64,000 nt of DNA, taken from assembly GCA_963809895.1 (NCBI GenBank), contig CAWELD010000003.1, positions 224,001-288,000 on the forward strand, read 5' to 3'. Both the position numbers and the translations under genes were made by a program. This stretch comes from an uncultured Gemmatimonadales bacterium. Lineage in GTDB: Bacteria > Gemmatimonadota > Gemmatimonadetes > Longimicrobiales > Gaopeijiaceae. Positions within the stretch are counted from its first letter, which is position 1. Each line of letters begins with the position of its first letter. The notes under the pieces were generated by a model. That model was not told where the DNA came from. It saw only the letters and a program-made list of their open reading frames with translations, and searched no databases. Shown piece by piece: positions 52,842-61,420 of the stretch.

Positions 52842-53966
52842 ATGTCCCGGTCGTCGATCATCCGTCTCTTCGCCGTCCCGCTTCTCACATGCGCGCTGGC
52901 GGTTCCGGCCCCGTCGCAAGGCCAGGAGACGCACGAGGTCGTCCGGGGCAACACGCTCTGGGACCTGGCCCGCACCTTCTACGGCGACCCCTTCCAATGG
53001 CCCCGCATCTGGGAGGCCAATCGGGACCGGGTTCAGGATCCGGACCTCATCCTTCCGGGCCAGGTGCTGCGGATTCCGGCGGAGGACGGCACGGTGCGCG
53101 AGGTGAAGGTGATGCCGGCCGAAGAAGGCGTGGCGTCGCCGGTGCCGGCGGCTGGGGGTCGTGAGGCGGAGCCCGTGTCGCCAGCACGCCGCCGTGGAGG
53201 CTCGGGGGCCCGGGGCGAGACGGTGTTCGCGCGCCAGCGGACGCCGACTGCGCCCGCCGCGGGCGAGACGCTGCAATCGTGGCGATCCGCATGGCCGGCG
53301 GTCACCGACGATGCGGTGGCAGGTGCGCCGTTCCTGCTTGCGGCCGGCGCGCCAGACGACGGAGCCGTGGGCCGGATCGCCGGCTTCGCGGACACGGCCA
53401 TGGTCCGGAATCCCCGGACCTCTCCCTTGCTCTACGACCGGCTCCTCGTGGACGGCGCCGCCGGTGGGCTCGGCCCCGGGACGCTCTGGCAGACCTATCG
53501 CATCGACCGCCGGCTCCCGGGTGTGGGCGAGGCGGCGATCCCCACGGCCCTCGTGGAGGTCGTGGCGAGGGCTGGCGGCGCGCCCGTCGCCGAGGTGCGC
53601 GAACAGCTCGGTGTCATCCGGGTGGGGGACCGACTCCGGCGGGTGCCGGTCGCGGGCCTGCCGGCCGGCGTGACGCCGCGTCCGGTGGCGAACGGCGTCC
53701 GGACCAGGGTGGTGGCACCGGCCGAGGAGCACGCGATCCAGACCGTGGGGGACTTCGTCTTCCTCGATGTCGGCCGCGGCACGACCTCGGTGGGCGACGA
53801 GTTCGTGCCGGTGCGGTCGACCGATGGAGAGCCCGAGCCGGAAGGCCGTGTCGTGGTGGTGCTCGTGGGAGACGGCTACGCCACGGCCCGCATCGTGGAG
53901 CTTCGTAATCCCGTGTTTCGCACCGGTCTGGAGATGCGCATGGACCGGCGCATGCCCGGCCGTTGA
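52842..53966 (+). CDS. secreted LysM domain protein
   Basis: Signal peptide, then HEVVRGNTLWDLA..YGDPFQWPRIWEAN..PDLILPGQVLRIP. Confidence 0.85.
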   Translation: MSRSSIIRLFAVPLLTCALAVPAPSQGQETHEVVRGNTLWDLARTFYGDPFQWPRIWEANRDRVQDPDLILPGQVLRIPAEDGTVREVKVMPAEEGVASPVPAAGGREAEPVSPARRRGGSGARGETVFARQRTPTAPAAGETLQSWRSAWPAVTDDAVAGAPFLLAAGAPDDGAVGRIAGFADTAMVRNPRTSPLLYDRLLVDGAAGGLGPGTLWQTYRIDRRLPGVGEAAIPTALVEVVARAGGAPVAEVREQLGVIRVGDRLRRVPVAGLPAGVTPRPVANGVRTRVVAPAEEHAIQTVGDFVFLDVGRGTTSVGDEFVPVRSTDGEPEPEGRVVVVLVGDGYATARIVELRNPVFRTGLEMRMDRRMPGR

Positions 53967-53992
53967 CCCCCGCGGACGATTGATCGTTCCCT

Positions 53993-54020
53993 GGCCCCGT
54001 CGGCTCCCGTCGACGGGGCC
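53993..54020 (+). terminator. hairpin after LysM gene
   Basis: GGCCCCGTCG / CGACGGGGCC 10-bp inverted repeat. Confidence 0.45.
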
Positions 54021-54143
54021 GGTGTCGTGGTGCCCCCGGCCCCGATCCTGCAGTACGAGGTCGGCCTGGCGCGCAGCGCGCGCTCGTACCGGCGCTGGAC
54101 GGTCGGTGCGCACTCCCTCCAGTGAGGATCGAGAGAAGCATAG

Positions 54144-55109
54144 ATGAGCGAGCCCAGAAGGATTCTGGTGACCGGAGGTGCCGGGTTCATCGGCAGCCAT
54201 GTGGCCGACGCCTACGTCGCGCGCGGTGATCGCGTCTGGGTGCTGGACGACCTGTCCCACGGACGTCTGGAGAACGTTCCCTCCGAGGCGACCTTCGTCC
54301 GCATGGACGTGACCGATGCCGCGGTCCGCGATCTCTTCCGCGAGGTGGAGTTCGATGTGGTGAACCACCACGCCGCCCAGATCGACGTGCGCGTGTCGGT
54401 GGCCGATCCGGAGTTCGATGCCCGCACCAACGTGCTCGGTCTGCTGAATCTCACCGAGTCCGCCAGGGAGGTTGGAACTTCCCGGTTCGTGTTCGTGTCC
54501 AGTGGAGGCGTGGTCTACGGCGAGCCGGACCTGCGTCCCACGCCCGAGACGGCTCCCAAGAATCCCCTGTCTCCCTACGGGGTGACCAAGCTGGCCGGAG
54601 AGTACTACCTGAACTACTACCGTCGGGTACACGGCCTGGAATACGTCGCGCTCCGGTACTCCAACGTGTACGGTCCCCGCCAGGATCCCCACGGCGAGGC
54701 CGGCGTGATCGCGATCTTCTGCAATCGGCTTCTGGAGCAGGCGTCGCTCACGATCTTCGGCGACGGGGAGCAGACTCGCGACTACGTGTACGTGGAGGAC
54801 GTGGTGGCGGCCAACCTGCGGGCCACCGACATGACGCTTGACGGTGAGGGCGAGGGGATCGACAACGTGGCCTTCAACGTCGGAACGGGCGTGGCCACCA
54901 GCGTGAACCGCCTCGCCGATGCCCTGGAGGCGGTGGCCGGCGTGCACCCCGGCCGGGACTATCGCGCGCCGCGCGCCGGCGAGCTTCGACACAGCGCCCT
55001 GGACGCCGCGCGGCTGCGAGCCCGCGGCTGGGCGCCTCAATCCAGTCTGGAGGACGGTCTGCGCATGACCATGCAACACATCCAGTCGGCCCGGACGGCG
55101 CCGGCATGA
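54144..55109 (+). CDS. NAD-dependent epimerase (UDP-glucose 4-epimerase-like)
   Basis: GGAGFIGSH, AAQIDVRVS, YGVTK, NVYGPRQDPHGEAGV. Confidence 0.88.
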   Translation: MSEPRRILVTGGAGFIGSHVADAYVARGDRVWVLDDLSHGRLENVPSEATFVRMDVTDAAVRDLFREVEFDVVNHHAAQIDVRVSVADPEFDARTNVLGLLNLTESAREVGTSRFVFVSSGGVVYGEPDLRPTPETAPKNPLSPYGVTKLAGEYYLNYYRRVHGLEYVALRYSNVYGPRQDPHGEAGVIAIFCNRLLEQASLTIFGDGEQTRDYVYVEDVVAANLRATDMTLDGEGEGIDNVAFNVGTGVATSVNRLADALEAVAGVHPGRDYRAPRAGELRHSALDAARLRARGWAPQSSLEDGLRMTMQHIQSARTAPA

Positions 55110-55819
55110 GCATCGGGCTCTTCCTGCAGGCCAGAGCGCCCACCAGCGCCCTGGACATGGTGGTGGGGGGAACGCTCCCCACGAAGATCGTCCTCCTGGT
55201 GTTGGCGGTGCTCTCCGTACTGTCCTGGTGGATCATCTTCTGGAAGATGCGTCAGTTCCGGGACGTGCGCCGCCTCGGCGACGACTTCCTGGAATCCATG
55301 GAGCGGGCGCAGCGGCTCGAGGACGCCTACAAGGCCATCCTCACGCTGCCCGAGTCGCCGTACGGCCGGGTCTTTCGCCAGGGGGTGAACTTCTTCAGCG
55401 AGTTGCGGCCCGGAGCACTCCGCGAAGGCGTGGACGTGCCGGGGCTGTCGTCGGCCCAGCTCGAGGCGCTGCGCCTGGTCCTGGAAAAGGAAGAGGCCGA
55501 GGAGCGCGACGAGTTGTCCCGCGGACTGCCGGTGCTGGCAGTGGTGGGCTCGGTCTCGCCGCTGATGGGACTGTTGGGCACCGTCATCGGCGTCATGAAC
55601 GCGTTCCTGGGGATTACCGCCACGGGCTCCGCCAACATCGGCGCCGTGGCCCCCGGGGTGGCGGAGGCCCTGATCACCACGGTGGCGGGCCTGTTCGTGG
55701 CGATTCCCGCGGTCATCGCCTACAACCTGTTCGTGGCGAAGCTGAACCTGGTGAGCGGCGAGCTGGAGGGCTTTTCCAGCGAGTTCATCGGGACCCTTGC
55801 CCGTGAAGGCAGGGTCTAA
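55106..55819 (+). CDS. tolQ: TolQ/ExbB proton channel protein
   Basis: SPLMGLLGTVIG, APGVAEALITT..GLFVAIPA. Confidence 0.9.
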   Translation: MSIGLFLQARAPTSALDMVVGGTLPTKIVLLVLAVLSVLSWWIIFWKMRQFRDVRRLGDDFLESMERAQRLEDAYKAILTLPESPYGRVFRQGVNFFSELRPGALREGVDVPGLSSAQLEALRLVLEKEEAEERDELSRGLPVLAVVGSVSPLMGLLGTVIGVMNAFLGITATGSANIGAVAPGVAEALITTVAGLFVAIPAVIAYNLFVAKLNLVSGELEGFSSEFIGTLAREGRV

Positions 55820-55851
55820 CACGGCATGCGTACCCGTCTGGAGATCACGCC

Positions 55852-56265
55852 ATGATGCGCCGACGCCTGGGGCGGAACGACCTGCCGCTGAGCGCCGACG
55901 TGAACGTCACGTCACTGGTGGACGTGGCCTTCACGCTTCTGGTGATCTTCATCATCACCGCTCCGGTGCTGCAGGGCGGGGTGGAGGTGGCCGTGCCCAA
56001 GGCCGACGTGGCGCCCATCACCTCGCCGGACAAGCCGCTCGTGATCAGCATCCGGCGGGACGGGCGCATCTTCGTGGAGGAGACGGCGTACACGGCGGAG
56101 GAATTCCGGGCGGCCCTCCCCCAGCTCGCCGCGGCGGGTGACATCCGGACCGCGTTCATCCGCGCCGACTCGCTGGCTCCCTACGCGCCGGTGCTCCAGG
56201 TGGTCGGTATCCTGAACGCCGCCGGCGTGGCGCCTTCGCTGGTCGGGGAGCCCTGGGCCCGATGA
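55852..56265 (+). CDS. tolR: TolR/ExbD protein
   Basis: NVTSLVDVAFTLLVIFIITAP. Confidence 0.88.
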   Translation: MMRRRLGRNDLPLSADVNVTSLVDVAFTLLVIFIITAPVLQGGVEVAVPKADVAPITSPDKPLVISIRRDGRIFVEETAYTAEEFRAALPQLAAAGDIRTAFIRADSLAPYAPVLQVVGILNAAGVAPSLVGEPWAR

Positions 56266-57038
56266 GCGCGTCGGGAGGGCCTCCGCGCAAGTCGCTGATC
56301 TACTCGGTGGCGCTGCACGCCCTGATCGTGACGGCCATGTTCGTGGCTCCGTCGCTGACCCCCGAGCCGCGGGTCTTCGAGACGTTCCAGGTGCAGATCG
56401 TGTCGCCGCCTCCGGCCGAGCAGGCCGAAGAGGACCTGGCCACGCTGCCCGACGATGAGGTGGTGGTGGAGCGGCCCGATCCGGAGCCTGAGCCGCCGCA
56501 GGAGGAGGCCCCGCCGCCGCCGCAGCCCGAGGCCGAGGCGCCGCCGCCGGAGAAGGAGCCCGAGAAGAAGCCGGAGGAGAAGAAGCCGGAGCAGAAGCCC
56601 GAGACGCCCCCGGCGACCGAGACCAAGAAGCCCACCACCACGGACGAGCCGAAGGAAACCAAGGAGTCCGGCGCGGACATCAACGTCCGCATGGAAGGGC
56701 TGCGGCGGGATTACCCGGCGTACTACAACAGCATCATCGTCGAGATCGACAAGTGCTTCCGGCGGCCTCCCGGCAACTGGACGACGGTGGTCTACTTCGA
56801 AATCCGGCCGGACGGCAGCGTCGCGAACCAGAAGATCGTGACGCGCTCGGGCAACCCCGCCTTCGACTACGCGGCCCTCGGGGCCATCGAATGCGCCGGG
56901 AACGGGCGATTCGGCCCCCTGCCCGAGGATCTGCCGTATGATCGCCTCCCCGTGCAGTTCAGCTTCAAGCCTCGCCAGATCGGCGGCGGTCTCCAGGTCT
57001 TCGACACGCCTCAACCCCCCAGACCCCGGAATCCATGA
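56262..57038 (+). CDS. TolA/TonB-like energy transducer
   Basis: N-terminal TM with SVALH, Pro/Glu/Lys-rich linker, TonB_C-like SGNPAFDYAAL. Confidence 0.85.
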   Translation: MSASGGPPRKSLIYSVALHALIVTAMFVAPSLTPEPRVFETFQVQIVSPPPAEQAEEDLATLPDDEVVVERPDPEPEPPQEEAPPPPQPEAEAPPPEKEPEKKPEEKKPEQKPETPPATETKKPTTTDEPKETKESGADINVRMEGLRRDYPAYYNSIIVEIDKCFRRPPGNWTTVVYFEIRPDGSVANQKIVTRSGNPAFDYAALGAIECAGNGRFGPLPEDLPYDRLPVQFSFKPRQIGGGLQVFDTPQPPRPRNP

Positions 57039-58420
57039 CCTCTTCTTGGACGTCCATTCGACGCCACCTGCCGGACGCCCTGGCGTGGGCCGTGACCGCC
57101 CTCGTTCTCATCGCCGTACCTTTCCGGGCCACGGCCCAGGAGACGGAAACCCTCCCGGGGAGTGCAACTGGGCCTGGTCTACGAGAACGCCTACATTCCG
57201 GCGCTGGCGATCCAGCCCTTCGAAGGGCGCTTCGGCGGCCAGGCGGCCGCCGGCTCGGTGGAGGGCATCATCGGCCGCGACCTCCGTTACAGCGACCGCT
57301 TCGAGGTGCTGGACTCGCTGCCGCCGGCGCAGGTGGGGCAGGGCGTGGACTACGCCCTGTGGGACCGCCTGGGGGCCGTCTGGCTTCTCACCGGACAGGT
57401 CGAGGGAAGCGGAGACGGCTTCGTCCTGGTCCTCCAGCTCCACGACGTGGTCTACCGCCAGGTGAAGCAGGAGGGGCGCTTCCGCGTGCCCGATCCCCGG
57501 AGCGAGGGCTTCCGGATGGCCGTGCACCGGGCCTCGGACGCGGTGGTGCAGTGGGCCTTCGGAGAGCCGGGGATGGCGGCGAGTCGCATCGCCTTCGCCA
57601 TGACCCGCGACGGTGGCCAGACCAAGGAGATCTACGTCATCGATTCCGACGGGGAGAACCTGCGCCGGGTGACGGACCACGGCGACATCTCCCTGTCGCC
57701 GAGCTGGTCGCCGGATGGGAGTCACCTCCTGTACATGTCGTACTACCAGGAAGGGCTCATGCGCATCTACGAGCTCGACCTGGCCACGGGGGAGTCTCAA
57801 CAGGTCAACCCGCTCCGCGACGGGAACTACATCACGCCGGTCTACCTGCCCGATGGCCAGCGGATCGCCTTCTCCGTGCTGAGCGGTGCTCGCACGGGGC
57901 TCTTCGTCTACAACCTGCGTCGCGACTGCTGCCTGGAGAACCTGACCGAGAGCCGGTGGGACGATCACGGTCCCACCTTCTCGCCCGACGGCAACACGTG
58001 GTCGTTCAACTCCACGCGGCTGGGGTCGGGTGCGCCGCAGATCTACACCATGTCGACCAACGGTGGCGAACCCGCGAGTTCTTTCGCCCTATCGGTACGG
58101 GAATGGCGGCTATCTACTCGGCGCCCGACTGGTCGCCCTTCGGCGACCTCATGGCCTTCCATGGTCGCGTCGGGCGGACGGGCCGGTATCACATCCTGGT
58201 GGCCCGTATGGGCGAGGGCCGGCGCCTGCTCCAGCTCACCACCGAGGGGAACAACGAGGATCCCTCCTGGGCGCCGGACGGTCGCCACATCGTCTTCTAC
58301 GGCGAGCGGAACTGGGGGAAGGGCATGTTCGTCGTGGACACCGCCACCGGGCGGATCCGGGTCCTCCTGCGCGGCGTGGATGCGGGTGGGCCGGATTGGT
58401 CACCGGCTTGGGACGGGTGA
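57035..58420 (+). CDS. tolB: TolB beta-propeller protein, broken by three +1 frameshifts
   Basis: Signal peptide in frame 57035, body (PSWSPDG, FSPDG) in frame 57162, linker in frame 58030, C-terminus (PDWSP, PSWAPDG) back in frame 57035. Confidence 0.88.
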   Translation: MTSSWTSIRRHLPDALAWAVTALVLIAVPFRATAQETETLPGSATGPGLRERLHSGAGDPALRRALRRPGGRRLGGGHHRPRPPLQRPLRGAGLAAAGAGGAGRGLRPVGPPGGRLASHRTGRGKRRRLRPGPPAPRRGLPPGEAGGALPRARSPERGLPDGRAPGLGRGGAVGLRRAGDGGESHRLRHDPRRWPDQGDLRHRFRRGEPAPGDGPRRHLPVAELVAGWESPPVHVVLPGRAHAHLRARPGHGGVSTGQPAPRRELHHAGLPARWPADRLLRAERCSHGALRLQPASRLLPGEPDREPVGRSRSHLLARRQHVVVQLHAAGVGCAADLHHVDQRWRTREFFRPIGTGMAAIYSAPDWSPFGDLMAFHGRVGRTGRYHILVARMGEGRRLLQLTTEGNNEDPSWAPDGRHIVFYGERNWGKGMFVVDTATGRIRVLLRGVDAGGPDWSPAWDG

Positions 58421-58608
58421 GAGCCCGGACGGACGACGGGAGAACCGCGACGGGTTGGGCCCGTGGCCATTGCGCAACACCGCATTTCGGGGTATATGCA
58501 TGAGGTGAAGTTGGACGAGATCCGTCCGTCACCCCCACCATTCGAAGGGCTCCCGCCGGCAGATGTCGGCGGGCTGCAGGACGTACATTTCAACCCTCGG
58601 GAGAAGGA

Positions 58609-59205
58609 ATGATCCACCGCCGAGTTCTCGTGCCCCTCGTGGCCGCCTCGCTGTTCGTCGTGGCCTGCAAGAAGGAGCCGCCGCCGCCGCCGGCGCCCAC
58701 GGGGCCGACCCAGGCCCAGCTCGACTCCATGCGGCGTGATTCCATCATGCGCGCGCAGCGCCGGGCGGACTCCATCGCCGCGGAGCAGCGTGCCGCGGCG
58801 GAGCGCGCCGAGGCCGAGCGCCGCATGGCGGCCGCCCGGGCGACGCTGGAGGAGATCGTCCACTTCGACTACGACGAGTCCGCCATCCGTCCCGACGCGG
58901 AGCAGATCCTCCGCCAGAAGGTGGAGATCCTCCGGAACAGCCCTGCCGTGCGCCTGCGCATCGAGGGGCATGCCGACGAGCGTGGGTCGACGGAGTACAA
59001 CCTCGCGCTCGGAAACCGCCGCGCCGAGGCGGTGCGGCAGTTCTTCACCAGCTTCGGGCTGGACGCGGGGCGCTTCACCATCACCTCGTACGGCGAAGAG
59101 CGGCCGCTGGTGAACGCCAGCAACGAGCAGGCCTGGGCCCAGAACCGGCGTGACGAGTTCGTCATCACGGCCGGTGCGGACCAGATCAATCCGCCTTCCG
59201 AGTGA
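58609..59205 (+). CDS. pal: peptidoglycan-associated lipoprotein
   Basis: Lipobox VVAC, IEGHADERGSTEYNLALG, SYGEERP, QNRR. Confidence 0.95.
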   Translation: MIHRRVLVPLVAASLFVVACKKEPPPPPAPTGPTQAQLDSMRRDSIMRAQRRADSIAAEQRAAAERAEAERRMAAARATLEEIVHFDYDESAIRPDAEQILRQKVEILRNSPAVRLRIEGHADERGSTEYNLALGNRRAEAVRQFFTSFGLDAGRFTITSYGEERPLVNASNEQAWAQNRRDEFVITAGADQINPPSE

Positions 59206-59217
59206 CCTTCTCCTGAG

Positions 59218-59246
59218 CCCTCCCCCGGGACCCTCCCGGGGGAGGG
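59218..59246 (+). terminator. hairpin between pal and cpoB
   Basis: CCCTCCCCCGGGA / TCCCGGGGGAGGG perfect 13-bp stem. Confidence 0.5.
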
Positions 59247-59263
59247 TGCGGTATATCCACGGT

Positions 59264-60064
59264 ATGATCATGCGATTCCCTGAAGGGGCGGCTCGCGGGG
59301 CCCTGGCCCTGGCCGTCCTCCTGTCCGTGTCCGCCTGCGCCACCAAAGGCGACCTCCGCAACGTCAACGACCAGATCCGGGCGGTGTCGGCGCGTCAGGA
59401 CTCCATCCTGTCGGAGTTACGCCGCCAGAGCTCGGCGACCCAGGACACGCTGCGCACCACCTCGAACCAGCTCGTGGACATCCGGGGCGAGGTCATCCGC
59501 CGGCTGCAGGCCATCTCCGACGACCTCGACCGCCTGGCCGAGCTCACGGGTGAGAACCAGCGTGGCATCGCCGGGTTGCGCGATCAGATGGACGCCGCGC
59601 GCCGGACTCGTCCGGCCATGGGCATGGTGGACTCGGCCGGCGCCATGGCGGGAGGGGACGAGTTTGCGCCCAGTGGCGGCACCGCGGCCGCCGTGTACGA
59701 AGCCGCCATCGGCCAGTACAACCGGGGGGCGCTGCAGACGGCGCAGATGGCGTTCAACGACTTCCTCCGCCAGTTCCCCAACGACGAGCTCGCGCCCAAG
59801 GCCCATTACTACCTGGGTCAGATTGCCGAGCAGGACGGCGACCTGGACGGCGCGGTGGAGGAATACGCCAGCATCCGGGAGCTCTTCCCGGCCGACCCCC
59901 AGGTGCCCCAGGCGCTCTACCGAATCGCGTTGATCCGCATCCAGCAGGGCGACGAGGACGAGGCGCGCAAGATGCTGGAGACGGTGATCAACACCTATCC
60001 CGACGACCTGGTCACCGACATGGCGCGCAACAAGCTGCGGGAGATCGGCGGCTCGGACCGCTGA
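59264..60064 (+). CDS. cpoB: Tol-Pal-associated CpoB/YbgF-like lipoprotein
   Basis: Lipobox VSAC, coiled coil, C-terminal TPRs; follows pal. Confidence 0.85.
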   Translation: MIMRFPEGAARGALALAVLLSVSACATKGDLRNVNDQIRAVSARQDSILSELRRQSSATQDTLRTTSNQLVDIRGEVIRRLQAISDDLDRLAELTGENQRGIAGLRDQMDAARRTRPAMGMVDSAGAMAGGDEFAPSGGTAAAVYEAAIGQYNRGALQTAQMAFNDFLRQFPNDELAPKAHYYLGQIAEQDGDLDGAVEEYASIRELFPADPQVPQALYRIALIRIQQGDEDEARKMLETVINTYPDDLVTDMARNKLREIGGSDR

Positions 60065-60091
60065 CCGCGGCAGCGGCGGAAGGCACCCGGC

Positions 60092-60592
60092 ATGCGTTGC
60101 CCCGAGTGTGACGCCACCGAGAACCGGGTGGTGGATACCCGCACCAGCCGTGGCGGGCGTGCGGTGCGTCGTCGCCGCGAGTGCCTCGTCTGCGAAACCC
60201 GCTTCACCACCTACGAGTACGTGGAGGAGCGCCCGATCCAGGTGCTCAAGCGCGACGGCAGCGCCGAGGAGTTCAGCCGCGAGAAGCTCCTGCGCAGCCT
60301 CAAGATCGCCTGCGCGAAGCGTCCGGTGTCGGCGGCCGTGATGGAGTCCATCGCCGACCGCATCGAGGAATTGCTCTCGCAGCAGGCGAGCGTGGAGGTC
60401 CCCAGCGAGCGCATCGGCGAGATGGTCATGGACGCGCTACGCCCCCTGGACCGGGTGGCCTACGTCCGTTACGCCTCCGTGTACCGCAACTTCCAGGACA
60501 TCGGCGAATTCCAGGAATTCGTCGACGAGCTCAACACACGCCAGCAGAGGGAGCTCCAGGCCAGGAACCAGGTCGAGCTTCCGCTCCCCTAG
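60092..60592 (+). CDS. nrdR: transcriptional repressor NrdR
   Basis: MRCPEC, RRRRECLVC..RFTTYE, ATP cone, VAYVRYASVY. Confidence 0.97.
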   Translation: MRCPECDATENRVVDTRTSRGGRAVRRRRECLVCETRFTTYEYVEERPIQVLKRDGSAEEFSREKLLRSLKIACAKRPVSAAVMESIADRIEELLSQQASVEVPSERIGEMVMDALRPLDRVAYVRYASVYRNFQDIGEFQEFVDELNTRQQRELQARNQVELPLP

Positions 60593-60613
60593 CTCCCCGA
60601 CCCGAACCCGCCT

Positions 60614-61420
60614 GTGCCGTCTCGACTGAACCCTCGGGGTGAGATGCCCTTCCTCGATCACCTCGAGGAGCTCCGCTGGCGGATCTTCAAGGTCATGGGG
60701 GCCATCGCGGTGTCGCTGGGCGTGGGTTGGTGGGTGGTGCGGCGCTTCCGGGTCACCTCGCTGCTGGTGCGCCCCATGCAGCCCTATCTCACGGGCGGCA
60801 AGCTGCACGCTTTCCGTCCGACCACGGGCTTTTTTCTCGAGTTGAAGCTGGCGCTGGTGGTGGGGCTGATCCTGGCCTTTCCCATCGTGCTCTACCAGAT
60901 CTGGGCGTTCCTGTCTCCGGCGCTGGAAAAGCACGAGCGCAGGATCATCATTCCCAGCCTCTACATGGGCACGGTGCTCTTCGCGTTGGGCGCCCTCATG
61001 GCGTACGTGGTGGCGCTGCCGGTGAGCCTGCGTTTCCTGTTCGCCTTCCAGCAGGACTTCCTGGCCAACACCATCGGCGCCGACGAGTACCTGTCCTTCG
61101 TCATCCGGCTGCTGGTGGGTTTCGGCGCGATCTTCGAGCTGCCGGTGGTGATCCTGATCCTGTCGGCGATGGGGCTGGTCACCCCTGCCTTCCTGCGGTC
61201 CAAGCGCCGTCACGCCATCGTCATCATCACCATCGTGGCCAGCGTCCTGAGCCCTGGCGACGTGGTCACGGTCACGCTCATGATGATGGTGCCCCTGATC
61301 TTCCTGTACGAGTTCAGTATCTTCCTGTCGGTCCTGGTCACGCGGAAGAAGAAGGAACGGGAGGAGAACACCATCCGGCCGCCTGAAGACCCGCCGGAGG
61401 GTTCCGTGGAGGTGGAATGA
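60614..61420 (+). CDS. tatC: twin-arginine translocase subunit TatC
   Basis: EMPFLDHLEELRWR, YQIWAFLSPAL, FELPV, LYEFSI. Confidence 0.96.
   Translation: MPSRLNPRGEMPFLDHLEELRWRIFKVMGAIAVSLGVGWWVVRRFRVTSLLVRPMQPYLTGGKLHAFRPTTGFFLELKLALVVGLILAFPIVLYQIWAFLSPALEKHERRIIIPSLYMGTVLFALGALMAYVVALPVSLRFLFAFQQDFLANTIGADEYLSFVIRLLVGFGAIFELPVVILILSAMGLVTPAFLRSKRRHAIVIITIVASVLSPGDVVTVTLMMMVPLIFLYEFSIFLSVLVTRKKKEREENTIRPPEDPPEGSVEVE

Noticed and set aside
56476..56670. Repetitive CCG/GAG/AAG tract
   Set aside because: Encodes the normal Pro/Glu/Lys linker of TolA/TonB; not a DNA repeat element or CRISPR
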